From positions 296,464 to 360,463 of the forward strand of contig CAKOHZ010000002.1 of assembly GCA_934086315.1 (NCBI GenBank): a DNA stretch of 64,000 nt. The letters are read 5' to 3'. This stretch comes from an uncultured Bacilli bacterium (GTDB lineage: Bacteria > Bacillota_I > Bacilli_A > RF39 > UBA660). The notes under the pieces were generated by a model. The model was not told where the DNA came from. It saw nothing but the letters and a program-made list of their open reading frames with translations, and made no database searches. Within the stretch, counting starts at the first letter, position 1; the number at the start of each line of letters is the position of its first letter. Below, in pieces: positions 1-10,240 of the stretch. A program made the translations under genes and the position numbers.

Positions 1-1030
1 AAAAGCAAAAGTAATTATTTCTGCAGTTGCTTATATATTATATATAGTTAGCCAATATTTAATATTATGGTTATCAAGAACAAGAGAATATAAAGCTGAC
101 GAATTCTCAGTTGATGAAACTAAAAAGCCATCATCACTTGCTGAAGCACTTGTTAAAATTGGATTTGGTTTAAGTACTACTCCTAAAACTACAAAACACA
201 ACGTATCTAAAAATAATGCACTTGGTATATTTGATGTAAAAACATCTAAATCAATGACAGTATGCAGTATTAAAAATGGAAAAGTATCAAAAGATAAAAT
301 TAAAAATGCCATGAAATGGGAATTATGGAATCCATGGGCTAAATGGTACGAAATAAACTCAACTCATCCATTAATTTCAAAAAGATTAGAAGCCATTTCC
401 GCACTAGCTCCTAAATATAATGAAGAAGCATATATAAAATTTGATTTAGTAAAACCTGAATCATATGTAGATGACTTTATATTAGAATTAATAATACTTA
501 TAATACCTACAGTAGCTCTTATAACTTCATTAGTACTAGGAATTATAAAAGATAATAAATATATATTAATTGTTGGCTTATTTATAACATTAGTTCTATC
601 ATTTATTAAATTTAAAAGAAGACACAAAACTAATTATGAAAAAACAACAGTAAGTGATCTTCTAGGAGAAGTAAAAGTATCTGATGTAACATGTATTCCA
701 TGTGAATTAAAAGGAACAATTATTGGACGTGGTAATCCAGGATGTATATTTAATGAAGACTTTGTAATAAAAGATGAAACAGGTATTATATTCGTAGACT
801 ATAATCAACCACTTTATATAGTTAATAAAATATTTGCATTATTTAAACTTCAACAAAACTTTGATAAAGAAGTTACAATAAAAGGATGGTATCGAAGAAG
901 TCCAGTACCATATGTAGAAGTATATGAAATGACAATAGATGGTAAACCTAAAAAGATATGGACATATAGTTTACAAATAGCAATCTATGTAATAGCTTTA
1001 ATAGCACTATTATTCTTTGCAATCAATTAA
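1..1030 (+). CDS. M48-family zinc metallopeptidase (HtpX-like), 5' end outside window; C-terminal extension with TM segments and a beta-rich domain
   Basis: The frame of listed ORF 254..1030 is open back to the window start. Translation from nt 2 gives ...LSRTREYKADEFSV..., the conserved M48 helix downstream of HExxH. Two hydrophobic segments follow (IILIIPTVALITSLVLGII, ILIVGLFITLVLSFI). Confidence 0.7.
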   Translation, partial: KAKVIISAVAYILYIVSQYLILWLSRTREYKADEFSVDETKKPSSLAEALVKIGFGLSTTPKTTKHNVSKNNALGIFDVKTSKSMTVCSIKNGKVSKDKIKNAMKWELWNPWAKWYEINSTHPLISKRLEAISALAPKYNEEAYIKFDLVKPESYVDDFILELIILIIPTVALITSLVLGIIKDNKYILIVGLFITLVLSFIKFKRRHKTNYEKTTVSDLLGEVKVSDVTCIPCELKGTIIGRGNPGCIFNEDFVIKDETGIIFVDYNQPLYIVNKIFALFKLQQNFDKEVTIKGWYRRSPVPYVEVYEMTIDGKPKKIWTYSLQIAIYVIALIALLFFAIN

Positions 1031-1058
1031 AAAAATGTAATCGCAAGATTACACTTTT

Positions 1059-2144
1059 TTATTTTATATTAAGAATTACATATTCAGAATGTTCATCAGT
1101 TCTAATTGGTATTTCCCATCCTGCTATACCAGCTGTAACTACTTTATTAAAATTATCATCTTTCTCATAACCATAAACCATATCAGCCGTTTTGAATACT
1201 TCTTGAAATAATTTAGCTGGGAATATTTGACCAGCATGAGTGTGTCCACTAAGTACTAAATCAACACCATTATCTTTAATATTTTTATAATCCATTGGAA
1301 TATGAGCAAGTATAATTTTATAGTCATCACTATTTACTTCACTTACTAAATCACTAACACTCTTTTTATATCCGTTACTTCTTCCCATAACAGTAAGTTC
1401 ATCATTTATTCTATAACTAGTATCTTCTAAAATATTAATACCATTTCCTTTTATAGTATTACTTAATGTTTCCTTACTATAGTTCTTTTCATTACTATAA
1501 ATATTTTCATCATGATTACCATAACTATAGAATATTCCATAATTAGTTTTAAGTCCACCTAATATTTTAAAACATTCCTTCATTCCATCTAATGTAGTAC
1601 TTTCATCAACTATATCACCGACAAGAAATACAAAATCAGGATTTAACTTATTTATCTCACTAACAACATTTTCTAATCCCTTACCCTGCACTGCAAGACC
1701 ATAATGTAAATCAGTAATAAGTATTCCTTTATATTTATTATTCAATTTACCATTAGAACTTATATCATAACTAATACTTCTAATATCATAAATATTATAT
1801 ATTCCATAAATTACACTTAACAAACTAATAATAACAGGTACTATCAAATATGTTTTCATAAACCATTTATACTTCTTTAAGAATTTATAAAATAACATAA
1901 TAACTAAATATACAAGTATTAAATAAAGTATAAATATTAATAATATAGATACATACTTATTCATCATACCAAGTACTAAACTACCATAAAATATCACTAT
2001 ACTTATAATACATAAAATATTTTTATTGATCTTAATCTTTAATTTATCACAAACTTTATATAAATATTTATAAAAAACAAGTGTTAAAAACATAAAAAAT
2101 ATAAAAAATAATATACCTATTGCATAAAACATATTTACCACCAA
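1059..2144 (-). CDS. membrane-anchored metallophosphoesterase (calcineurin-like)
   Basis: N-terminal ~4 hydrophobic helices. Phosphoesterase motifs LVGDIVDE, YGNHDEN and LSGHTHAGQ. Confidence 0.8.
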   Translation of the reverse strand: MVVNMFYAIGILFFIFFMFLTLVFYKYLYKVCDKLKIKINKNILCIISIVIFYGSLVLGMMNKYVSILLIFILYLILVYLVIMLFYKFLKKYKWFMKTYLIVPVIISLLSVIYGIYNIYDIRSISYDISSNGKLNNKYKGILITDLHYGLAVQGKGLENVVSEINKLNPDFVFLVGDIVDESTTLDGMKECFKILGGLKTNYGIFYSYGNHDENIYSNEKNYSKETLSNTIKGNGINILEDTSYRINDELTVMGRSNGYKKSVSDLVSEVNSDDYKIILAHIPMDYKNIKDNGVDLVLSGHTHAGQIFPAKLFQEVFKTADMVYGYEKDDNFNKVVTAGIAGWEIPIRTDEHSEYVILNIK

Positions 2145-2193
2145 AACAATTATAACATAGTATTTTTATTTTGATTAAGTAAATAATATAATT

Positions 2194-3588
2194 ATGGATA
2201 TAATAAGTAAACTAAAATCTAAAAAAGAATATATGCCAGATCTTCAATTAAAAGAAGTTTCTTTTGGTTTAAATAAAATTTATATCGTTAATATTCAAAC
2301 TGTATCTTCAAGTACACTTACTAATAAATTTATTCTTGATTATATTTCTAAACGAAGTTTACTTAAAAATGAACTTATAACCTCTCTTAAAAAAGATATT
2401 ATGAATTATATACCATCTATTAGTTTTATAGATATTGATTCTAAAGATGTAATGGAATACTTATTTAATGGTTTTAGTATTATTATTTATCATGATGAAT
2501 GTATAGCACTAGAAACAAGAGCTAATATTGATAGAGGTGTTAATGAACCATCTAGTGAACCTACTATTAAAGGACCGAAAGATGCTTTTAATGAAAACTA
2601 TAACACTAATATAGGTCTAGTTAGAAAAAGAATTAAAGATGAAAACCTTTATATGAAAGAATTAACACTAGGTACAAGAACTAAAACTAAAGTAAGCATT
2701 CTTTATATGAATGATATAGTTGATAAAGAATTACTTGAATGCACTATAAATAAAATAAGTAATATAACAAGTGATAAAGTACTAAATACATACTATATAA
2801 AAAGTCTTATTAGTGGTGAAAATAAATCATCATTTCCATCTATTAAATCAACTGAAAAACCAGATAGTATAGCTAAAGGTCTTACAGAAGGTAAAATATG
2901 TATAATATCAGAAAACTCATGTAATGCTTTAATTATACCTACATTCTTTATAGATTACTTTCATAATGATGAAGACATTTATCAAAAAAGTTTATATGTT
3001 GAATTCGTAAAATTCATAAGAATAATTGCATTATTTATAACTATATTTGCCCCATCTATATACCTTGCTATTATTACTTATGATCAACAAATTCTTCCGA
3101 CTGATTTACTTATAAACTTTTCTCTTCAAAGAGCAAGTGTACCTTTTCCAGCCCTCATTGAAGCATTCAGTTTAATGTTTACTTTTGAACTTCTTTATGA
3201 AGGAGACGCTCTTACCCCATCATCAAGAGGAACATCTCTTTCAATATTAGGTGCTTTAGTTTTAGGTGACGCAGCAGTAAGTGCAGGAATAGTATCACCT
3301 ATTATGGTTATAGTAGTAGCTGTAACAGCAATTTCATCAATATTCTTTGTTTACTATGATTTTCAATCATTCATAAGACTCTATAGATATAGTTTAATGG
3401 TATTATCTTCAATATTTGGAATTATCGGAGTACTATTTGGTTTCATATTTATAATAACTAATCTATGTAGTATTAAATCATTCGGAAAACCATTTATGTA
3501 TCCAATAAGTCCAAAACTAAATATAAAAGGAAGAAAAAAACTAATTAAAAGAGGACTATTACCTCAAAATAGTAATAAAGGAGAATAA
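2194..3588 (+). CDS. spore germination protein, GerA-family A subunit
   Basis: 464 aa. Soluble N-domain plus C-terminal multi-TM region typical of GerAA/GerKA. Stop overlaps the next start (ATAATG). Confidence 0.8.
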   Translation: MDIISKLKSKKEYMPDLQLKEVSFGLNKIYIVNIQTVSSSTLTNKFILDYISKRSLLKNELITSLKKDIMNYIPSISFIDIDSKDVMEYLFNGFSIIIYHDECIALETRANIDRGVNEPSSEPTIKGPKDAFNENYNTNIGLVRKRIKDENLYMKELTLGTRTKTKVSILYMNDIVDKELLECTINKISNITSDKVLNTYYIKSLISGENKSSFPSIKSTEKPDSIAKGLTEGKICIISENSCNALIIPTFFIDYFHNDEDIYQKSLYVEFVKFIRIIALFITIFAPSIYLAIITYDQQILPTDLLINFSLQRASVPFPALIEAFSLMFTFELLYEGDALTPSSRGTSLSILGALVLGDAAVSAGIVSPIMVIVVAVTAISSIFFVYYDFQSFIRLYRYSLMVLSSIFGIIGVLFGFIFIITNLCSIKSFGKPFMYPISPKLNIKGRKKLIKRGLLPQNSNKGE

Positions 3589-4655
3589 TGAAAAAGATAC
3601 TGATACTTTTAATAATGATATTATCACTTACTGGATGCAAAGATTACATAGAAATAAATGACTTAGCCATCCTAACAGGAATAGTAATAGACTACACAGA
3701 TGATATGTATGAAGTTACTGCTCAACTAATAATTAATGAAAAAGAAAGTAACACAGAAATATTCACAACTAAATCTTCATCAATAAATGAAGCAATCGCA
3801 GAATTATCAAAATTAAGTAATAAAGAAGTATTTATTTCACACCTTAAAGTCTTAATAGTAACAGACTCCATAATTAAAAATAATATAGATTTTAAAGACT
3901 ACTTTCTTAGAAGTTCTAAATCAAAAATGAATTTTTTCGTTTATGTAATAGATCAAAACATCAAAGATAAAGTATTAAGTATATACAAAGATAATAATGG
4001 TTCAGCGATATATATAGAAAAAATGATGAAATTTAACCAAAATATTTTCTCATCATCAACCCCACTAAAATTCTCAGAATATGCGTATTATTCACTTGAA
4101 AAAGGTTATGACAATATTTATCCTAAAATAGATATAGTTAAGAATAATGATAAAGAAGTACTTTATCTTTCTAATTTAATAACTTTTAAAGATTCTAAAG
4201 AAATAAATCTTACTGAAAATGAATCTATATTTTATAATATATTAACCAATAAAGCTAATAAAAGTTCGCTAACTATAGTCTGTGATGATAATACTTTTTC
4301 TATAGAAATACAAGATATCAAAACAAAATATAAATTTAAAAATAATAAATTATATTTAGATAATAAAAGTAAAACTAAAATTATAGATTATAAATGTAAA
4401 TATGACTTAAATGAAAAAAAATCTATAGAAAAATTAACTAATCTAACAAACAAATATATTGAAGATAATATTAATAATTTATTAAACTTTATTAAGAAAA
4501 ATAACACTGACATAATTGGTATAGGAAATTATATATATAAACATAATACAAATTATTTTAAAGATGATAATAAATGGAATACTTATCTTAATGATATAAA
4601 TATTGAAGTAAATTCTAATACTAATATAACATCTATAGGAGAAATAAAACGATGA
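3588..4655 (+). CDS. germinant receptor C subunit lipoprotein (Ger(x)C)
   Basis: Lipoprotein signal MKKILILLIMILSLTGC (lipobox LTGC). Size and position between the A and B subunits. Confidence 0.75.
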   Translation: MKKILILLIMILSLTGCKDYIEINDLAILTGIVIDYTDDMYEVTAQLIINEKESNTEIFTTKSSSINEAIAELSKLSNKEVFISHLKVLIVTDSIIKNNIDFKDYFLRSSKSKMNFFVYVIDQNIKDKVLSIYKDNNGSAIYIEKMMKFNQNIFSSSTPLKFSEYAYYSLEKGYDNIYPKIDIVKNNDKEVLYLSNLITFKDSKEINLTENESIFYNILTNKANKSSLTIVCDDNTFSIEIQDIKTKYKFKNNKLYLDNKSKTKIIDYKCKYDLNEKKSIEKLTNLTNKYIEDNINNLLNFIKKNNTDIIGIGNYIYKHNTNYFKDDNKWNTYLNDINIEVNSNTNITSIGEIKR

Positions 4656-5758
4656 AAAATAAAAATGAAAAAGTAAATAGTTTTTCTTTAAGTATTTTAG
4701 TAATTACTTTAAGTGGAGCTCCTTTTTGGGGAATATTAACTAGTTATCTTCTTTATAATTCTAAAGAAGCTACTCCAATATCAATGATAATTGGTTATTT
4801 TTTAGGGCTTATTATTTCTAAAATATTTTTATCATTTAATGATACTCATAAAGATTTAATAAGTTCAAAAAAGATAGAAAAAATATATGGTAAATTCTCT
4901 ATAGTTATAAATATTATAGAAGCAGTACTTGCTATATTCGCATATATTTTCTTATGTTATAGATTATCATCATTCTTATCAAGTCAATATTTAATCGAAA
5001 CCCCAGATATATATTTTTATATTTTAATACTTGCTTTAACTTTTTATATTGCTAATCAAGGAATTGAAACATTAACTAGAGTAACTATTATATCTATATA
5101 TGTAGCACTAGCTATATTTCTATTTGACTATATTAATCTATTTAAAGATATTAATTTTAATAACTTTTTACCAATAATAACAGTAAACTTCAAAAGTATA
5201 ATAAAGTCATCGATTATATATGCTTTGTTTTCTTCAGTTCTACCAATGTTTGCTATGAGTATTAGTAAATCAGAACTAACAGATCCTGAAAACTTTAATA
5301 AAATGTACTATAAAATGTATTCAATATCTTTTATTATTTTACTAATAGCAATAACATCAACTATCGGAGTATATGGTATTAACTTATCTAGTTTGTTTGA
5401 TTACCCATTATATACAGTTCTTAAAAAAATAGAAATATTTTCATTCTTAGATTCTATTGAAAATATAAGTGTTATGTTATGGATTCTCTATTCTATTAAT
5501 GCTGCTTCAGCAGTCTTGCTTTCAATATTTAATAATTTAAAAGAAGCATTAAATTTAGATAAAAAGAAAACTAAATATTTTAAAGTATTAACGATGATTT
5601 TAATCTTAATTATAACAATACTATTCTATAAGAAAAATAGCTATATAGAAACAATAGAATATATAAAATACCCAATTTATGTAACGTTTATACTATTTAT
5701 GTTAACATTTATATCTCTTATAATATACAAATTAAAACCAAATAAAAAAAGAACTTAA
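4652..5758 (+). CDS. germinant receptor B subunit (spore germination permease, APC-like)
   Basis: 368 aa, about 10 TM helices. 4-nt overlap with the upstream gene. Follows the A and C subunits. Confidence 0.75.
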   Translation: MKNKNEKVNSFSLSILVITLSGAPFWGILTSYLLYNSKEATPISMIIGYFLGLIISKIFLSFNDTHKDLISSKKIEKIYGKFSIVINIIEAVLAIFAYIFLCYRLSSFLSSQYLIETPDIYFYILILALTFYIANQGIETLTRVTIISIYVALAIFLFDYINLFKDINFNNFLPIITVNFKSIIKSSIIYALFSSVLPMFAMSISKSELTDPENFNKMYYKMYSISFIILLIAITSTIGVYGINLSSLFDYPLYTVLKKIEIFSFLDSIENISVMLWILYSINAASAVLLSIFNNLKEALNLDKKKTKYFKVLTMILILIITILFYKKNSYIETIEYIKYPIYVTFILFMLTFISLIIYKLKPNKKRT

Positions 5759-6255
5759 AAAGTTCTTTTTGATTTCAAACTATCTACTTTAGATTGTAAA
5801 TATGCATCTATATCTTCCTTACTAAATGGTTCTAATATAGCTTCATAATATTTACCATTACCATAAGTAGTTTTTCTAACAACAGCATCACTTCTCTTAA
5901 AATTAAAGTAATCAACTACTTCATAAGGTCCTTTATTTTCAATAGATTCATATAATGGTGTAACATTACTGCTAACATATACTTTATTACCAATTGTCTT
6001 TATAATTCCATCTAACCACTTATTTTCAACATCATTTGTGATAGCTCCATTAAAGCTAACTTCGCCAGTTTTAAGTTTACTAAAACTCATAGTAACTAAA
6101 TCATAAGCAGTGCTTTTACTTTCTTTAACATTAACTTCACTATCCATCACTTCTTTAGTATGTCTAATAATATCAAGGTAATAGTCGCCTTCTTCATCAC
6201 TTAGTCCCTTATAACTAAATCTAAGTTCAGATAGTATTCTATCTTCATTTGTCAT
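5755..6255 (-). CDS. hypothetical protein, 166 aa, cytoplasmic, acidic
   Basis: Clean ORF 38 bp downstream of the KH-protein gene, in the rpsP operon and ending at a bidirectional terminator. No motif recognised; not RimM-like. Confidence 0.55.
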   Translation of the reverse strand: MTNEDRILSELRFSYKGLSDEEGDYYLDIIRHTKEVMDSEVNVKESKSTAYDLVTMSFSKLKTGEVSFNGAITNDVENKWLDGIIKTIGNKVYVSSNVTPLYESIENKGPYEVVDYFNFKRSDAVVRKTTYGNGKYYEAILEPFSKEDIDAYLQSKVDSLKSKRTF

Positions 6256-6293
6256 AATAATCCCCTTTAAAAAAAGAAATAGTTTAACTATTT

Positions 6294-6536
6294 CTAAAAT
6301 GAATCTATGTTTACTTTAACTTTTCTACTTCCTTCATTATAAGCTTTTGCTTGTATTAAAGTTTTAATACTAGTAGCAATTTTACCTTTTTTACCAATTA
6401 CTCTACCCATATCACTTTCAGATACAAGTATTTCAATAGTAGTATCATCATCACTAGTAAATTCTTGAACTTTAACTAAATCAGGTTCTTTAACTAGTTT
6501 TTTTACTATTAATTCAGAAAATTCAACTAAATTCAT
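6294..6536 (-). CDS. KH-domain RNA-binding protein (YlqC/UPF0109 family)
   Basis: 80 aa. GRVIGKKGKIATSIKTLI matches the KH GxxG loop. Translationally coupled to rpsP (ATG overlaps the rpsP stop). Confidence 0.8.
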   Translation of the reverse strand: MNLVEFSELIVKKLVKEPDLVKVQEFTSDDDTTIEILVSESDMGRVIGKKGKIATSIKTLIQAKAYNEGSRKVKVNIDSF

Positions 6537-6805
6537 TATTTACTATTTTTTGATTTATGGAATTCTTCCATAACACCTACTTCACTTAAAATGTTCTTAG
6601 CTGTATCTGTAGGTTGAGCTCCTTCCTTAAGCCATTTTAAAGCTGTTTCTTTATCAACATTGTATTTAGTAGCTTCTAAAGGCATATAAGTTCCTATAGA
6701 TTCAATAACATTACCATCTCTTTTAGCTCTTGAATCAGCTACTACAACACGATAGTAAGGTCTTTTCTTAGCTCCCATTCTTTTAAGTCTAATTTTAACT
6801 GCCAT
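6536..6805 (-). CDS. rpsP: 30S ribosomal protein S16
   Basis: [31 protein letters not shown] is the canonical S16 N-terminus. Strong RBS GGAGGAG. Confidence 0.9.
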   Translation of the reverse strand: MAVKIRLKRMGAKKRPYYRVVVADSRAKRDGNVIESIGTYMPLEATKYNVDKETALKWLKEGAQPTDTAKNILSEVGVMEEFHKSKNSK

Positions 6806-6830
6806 ATCTTTCTCCTCCTCAGTGATTAAT

Positions 6831-6859
6831 AATATACACTAATTTAATTGGTATGTCAA
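6831..6859 (-). promoter_or_regulatory. sigma-A type promoter for the rpsP operon
   Basis: Minus strand reads TTGACA (6859..6854), 17-nt spacer, TATATT (6836..6831), about 25 nt upstream of the RBS. Confidence 0.55.
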
Positions 6860-6878
6860 CCATTTTTAGTTAACACAT

Positions 6879-6903
6879 AAAAATATCTTATTTCTAAGAT
6901 ATT
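6879..6903 (-). terminator. intrinsic terminator after the HAD hydrolase gene
   Basis: Inverted repeat atatcttatttctaagatat followed on the minus strand by a T-run. Confidence 0.5.
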
Positions 6904-7486
6904 AATTTTTATTTTTAAAATTATAACCTCTAGTATAAGGTATTAATTTATTTCCTTCAACAACATAAGCAGTTTTAGCAACTTCTAATATTGGTAAATC
7001 ACTTTCACTATCACTATATGAAGTAACAATTTGAGCATTTGGTATTACTGCTGCTAACCTTTTAAGTTTTTCATCTCCCTTACAGTTTCTACCTAATATA
7101 TTACCATCTTTATCAGTTCTAGTAGCAATTATATATCTAATACCAAGCTTTTTACAAAAAGGTACAATCCATAATTCATAAGATGCACTTATAACGATAT
7201 CATAATCACTTTTTCTAGATAAATACCAAGGTTTAATATTCTTCATATGAGAGTTAACAAATCCTTCAATATATTTATCTAAATCATCTATTTGAAATAA
7301 AAATGAAAGCATTGCTTCTTTAACTCTTTCAAAAGACACCATACCACGCTTATATTCTTTTTCTAACTTTTTAGTTTTCTTTAAAGCCTTAAGAACTTTG
7401 AATGGATGTTTTTTAAATGAATAAAGTAATATATCTTTATTAGTATCACCATCGTATATTGTATTATCAAAATCATATATATTCAT
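6902..7486 (-). CDS. HAD-superfamily hydrolase/phosphatase
   Basis: N-terminal MNIYDFDNTIYDGDT carries HAD motif I (DxDxT). 194 aa. Confidence 0.7.
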   Translation of the reverse strand: MNIYDFDNTIYDGDTNKDILLYSFKKHPFKVLKALKKTKKLEKEYKRGMVSFERVKEAMLSFLFQIDDLDKYIEGFVNSHMKNIKPWYLSRKSDYDIVISASYELWIVPFCKKLGIRYIIATRTDKDGNILGRNCKGDEKLKRLAAVIPNAQIVTSYSDSESDLPILEVAKTAYVVEGNKLIPYTRGYNFKNKN

Positions 7487-7536
7487 ATTATATTATCACC
7501 AAATTTATTTTATCAAATTTTATTTAAAAAATAAAT

Positions 7537-8586
7537 CTATTTATTTATTTTGATTGTATCTATACCAAGTTTCATTATTATATTTCTTATGACACTAGTA
7601 TACATAAACCAACGCTTAATAACTTTAATTCTAAGTTTTATTTTAAGTTTATTAGTTTTAATTCTATATAATTTAGTTATTTTTTTAATATCATCATTTT
7701 CATTTATTATTTTAGACAAAATAGATGCACTTTTAATAGCACTACTTATTCCTTCAAAAGAACTTGCACTTATAAATCCAGCAGCTTCGCCTATTAAATA
7801 CGCTCCCTCTTTACCTGTAATAAAATCACTAAATTTTTTAGGTCTATAAACAAGACATGCTTCTTTCTTTACCGGTTTACTTAGATCAATATCAAGAAAT
7901 TTTGATAATCTTTTTCTTTGTTCTAAAAACTTTTCTTTTGAATTCTTTATATCAAAAGCACCACCATATATCAAATATTCATCTTTATGTATTAGCCACG
8001 AACAACTACTACTAGTAACTTTATCAAATATGCATGAATAAAATGAATTACTTGAGTCATTACATTTATACCATTCTTGTATGGCCATATATTTCATAAT
8101 ATTATTTTTATAGAATGTTCTTCTAACTATAGAGTTACATCCATCAGCACCAACTATTATTTTAGATCTTACTATTTCTTTTTTATTCTTTTCTAATATT
8201 TCAATAACATATTCTTCTTGCTTTTCTATTTTAATAACTCTACCATTTATTTTTTTAACATTTTTTGGTATTAAAGATACTAAATATTTATCAAATTTAT
8301 ACCTATCCATATTTAAATAATATCTTTGATAATACTTAATTTGTTTACTTACTAAATCCATAGTTTTAACTGAAAATATTTGAGGACTTACTAACACATC
8401 TTTAGGAATTACTAAATCATAATGAGCAAGCTCTTTTTGAGCATCAGGTGCTAATAAACCACCACATGGTTTTTTATTTTTTTCATTTTCTGCATCAATT
8501 ATTAATATCTTTTTATTTGTTTTAGCAATCTGTCTAGCAAGTGTACTACCCGCAGGTCCAGCTCCAATGATAACTACATCATACAT
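7537..8586 (-). CDS. FAD-dependent oxidoreductase (geranylgeranyl reductase-like flavoprotein)
   Basis: N-terminal Rossmann motif VVIIGAGPAGSTLA and a second GADGCNSIVR motif typical of this flavoprotein family. Confidence 0.7.
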   Translation of the reverse strand: MYDVVIIGAGPAGSTLARQIAKTNKKILIIDAENEKNKKPCGGLLAPDAQKELAHYDLVIPKDVLVSPQIFSVKTMDLVSKQIKYYQRYYLNMDRYKFDKYLVSLIPKNVKKINGRVIKIEKQEEYVIEILEKNKKEIVRSKIIVGADGCNSIVRRTFYKNNIMKYMAIQEWYKCNDSSNSFYSCIFDKVTSSSCSWLIHKDEYLIYGGAFDIKNSKEKFLEQRKRLSKFLDIDLSKPVKKEACLVYRPKKFSDFITGKEGAYLIGEAAGFISASSFEGISSAIKSASILSKIINENDDIKKITKLYRIKTNKLKIKLRIKVIKRWFMYTSVIRNIIMKLGIDTIKINK

Positions 8587-8653
8587 ATATTTCTCCCTTT
8601 CAAAGTATTATAGTAAATTAACATTTTATTAACAATTCATTTTACAAAATTTT

Positions 8654-8680
8654 ACAAAAAAAGATAACTTTAAGTTATCC
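8654..8680 (-). terminator. intrinsic terminator overlapping the tagH-like stop
   Basis: gataac-tttaa-gttatc hairpin preceded on the plus strand by an A9 run (a T-run on the minus transcript). Confidence 0.45.
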
Positions 8681-9415
8681 TTCATTTCTCATAAATGCTT
8701 CATATTTATCCATTATAACTTTAGGATCCCCTTGATCCTTAATTAATCCTTCATGAAGCCATATTACTTTATTGCAAAGTTCTTTAATAGTATTACTATT
8801 ATGAGAAACTATTACAACAGTTCTATCATCATTACTTATAAGTTCTTTCATCTTATTATAACTTTTTTCTTTAAAATGAATATCACCTACACTAAGAACT
8901 TCATCTATAAGCATAATATCTGTTTCAAGTATAGCCGTTATAGAAAACGCTAATTTTGAATGCATACCTGAACTATAACTTCTAACAGGTCTATATATAA
9001 AATCTCCTAGTTCTGAGAATTCTATAATATCATCAATTTTTTCTTCTATTTGTTCCTTAGAGTATCCGAGTAACATACCTGATAAAAATATATTTTCATA
9101 TCCAGTTAATTGTTTTTGAAAACCTACTCCAATTGACAATAATGAAATACTATTGCCATGTAAATTAATGCTTCCAGAATCTGGTGAGAATATACCAGAA
9201 ATTGCTCTTAATAAAGTACTTTTTCCACTACCATTCTTACCACATATACCAAGTATTTGTCCCTTTGGTACTTCAAATGATACACCTTTTACTGCTTTAA
9301 ATATTTTACCAGTTCCTCTATTTTTTAATCCTCCCTTTTTCAAAGAGAATCTATTCATATCTCTATAATACACGTGTAAATCTTTTACAGTTATAGCCAT
9401 TTCTTCTTTCTTCAT
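8675..9415 (-). CDS. ABC transporter ATP-binding protein, polysaccharide/teichoic-acid export type (TagH/Wzt-like, short form)
   Basis: Walker A GKNGSGKST, signature SSGMHSKLAF and Walker B MLIDEVLSVGD. 246 aa, lacking the long TagH C-terminal domain. Confidence 0.8.
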   Translation of the reverse strand: MKKEEMAITVKDLHVYYRDMNRFSLKKGGLKNRGTGKIFKAVKGVSFEVPKGQILGICGKNGSGKSTLLRAISGIFSPDSGSINLHGNSISLLSIGVGFQKQLTGYENIFLSGMLLGYSKEQIEEKIDDIIEFSELGDFIYRPVRSYSSGMHSKLAFSITAILETDIMLIDEVLSVGDIHFKEKSYNKMKELISNDDRTVVIVSHNSNTIKELCNKVIWLHEGLIKDQGDPKVIMDKYEAFMRNEG

Positions 9416-10203
9416 TATTTCATCACCTTTACATATGTATTTTCATATTTATATATCGTATTAATACCAAGCATACATATCAATATACCTATTAGAAACC
9501 ATACTAATGTCCACATTCCAACTGGAGCACTCTTATATATAAGTACATTTCTCATATTATAGATAAAGTTAGCTATAGGATTTAAATCTAATAATATTGT
9601 TCTATAAACAACATTATGTATTCTAGTACTAATATCATAGAACACACCTGTCATATAGAATATTAATCTAAGTGCTATATTTACTAAATTAGTTAAATCT
9701 TCTGCAAATACGCCTAAATGCATAACTATAGTACAAACTCCAAAAGTAAAAACAAGTACTGTTATAATTATAGGTATAAACCACAATACATTCCAAGTAA
9801 TTGGTACTTTATAATAACACATAAATATTGCTACTAATAAGAATGATACAGCCATCTTAAATGCATTAACACCCATCTTAATAAGAATTAATACAAACTT
9901 CGGTATATATACTTTCGTAACTGTATCTCTATTACTAGAAACTAATTTTACACTACACGTAACCATCTTATTAAAGAAATTCCATATAGATAAACCAATA
10001 AATACAAATACTGGAAAATATTGAACATGAGATTTAAATACAATATTAGCAATAAATGTATATATAAGCATAAATGCTAATGGTTCTAATATCATCCATA
10101 AGAACCCTAAATATGAATTAATAACTTCTGTTTTAAGTTCAGCCCATGTTGCATATAATATATAATTCTTATACTTCTTTAAATCATTTATAAATCTTTT
10201 CAT
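9415..10203 (-). CDS. ABC-2 type permease (TagG/Wzm-like)
   Basis: 262 aa with 6 TM helices. Start overlaps the downstream ATPase gene. Partner of the TagH-like ATPase. Confidence 0.75.
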   Translation of the reverse strand: MKRFINDLKKYKNYILYATWAELKTEVINSYLGFLWMILEPLAFMLIYTFIANIVFKSHVQYFPVFVFIGLSIWNFFNKMVTCSVKLVSSNRDTVTKVYIPKFVLILIKMGVNAFKMAVSFLLVAIFMCYYKVPITWNVLWFIPIIITVLVFTFGVCTIVMHLGVFAEDLTNLVNIALRLIFYMTGVFYDISTRIHNVVYRTILLDLNPIANFIYNMRNVLIYKSAPVGMWTLVWFLIGILICMLGINTIYKYENTYVKVMK

Positions 10204-10240
10204 ATAACTCCTCGTATATCAATTTTACCATATTTATAGA

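Noticed and set aside
31-627. Minus-strand ORFs 31..312 and 364..627
   Set aside because: They lie antisense inside the M48 peptidase reading frame. Their composition is Ile/Leu/Asn-rich, typical of reverse-frame artefacts in AT-rich DNA. Neither has an RBS.
2145-2193. Sigma-G type promoter upstream of the ger operon
   Set aside because: GCATAA and CATAGTA elements exist, but they are 28 nt apart rather than the required 17-18 nt. No confident call is possible in a 49-bp divergent intergenic region.
7550-7849. Plus-strand ORF antisense to the FAD oxidoreductase gene
   Set aside because: Fully embedded in a well-supported minus-strand gene. Its hydrophobic low-complexity translation is a mirror-frame artefact.
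8753-9368. Plus-strand ORFs 8753..8953 and 9153..9368 inside the tagH-like gene
   Set aside because: Antisense to an ABC ATPase gene with intact Walker motifs.
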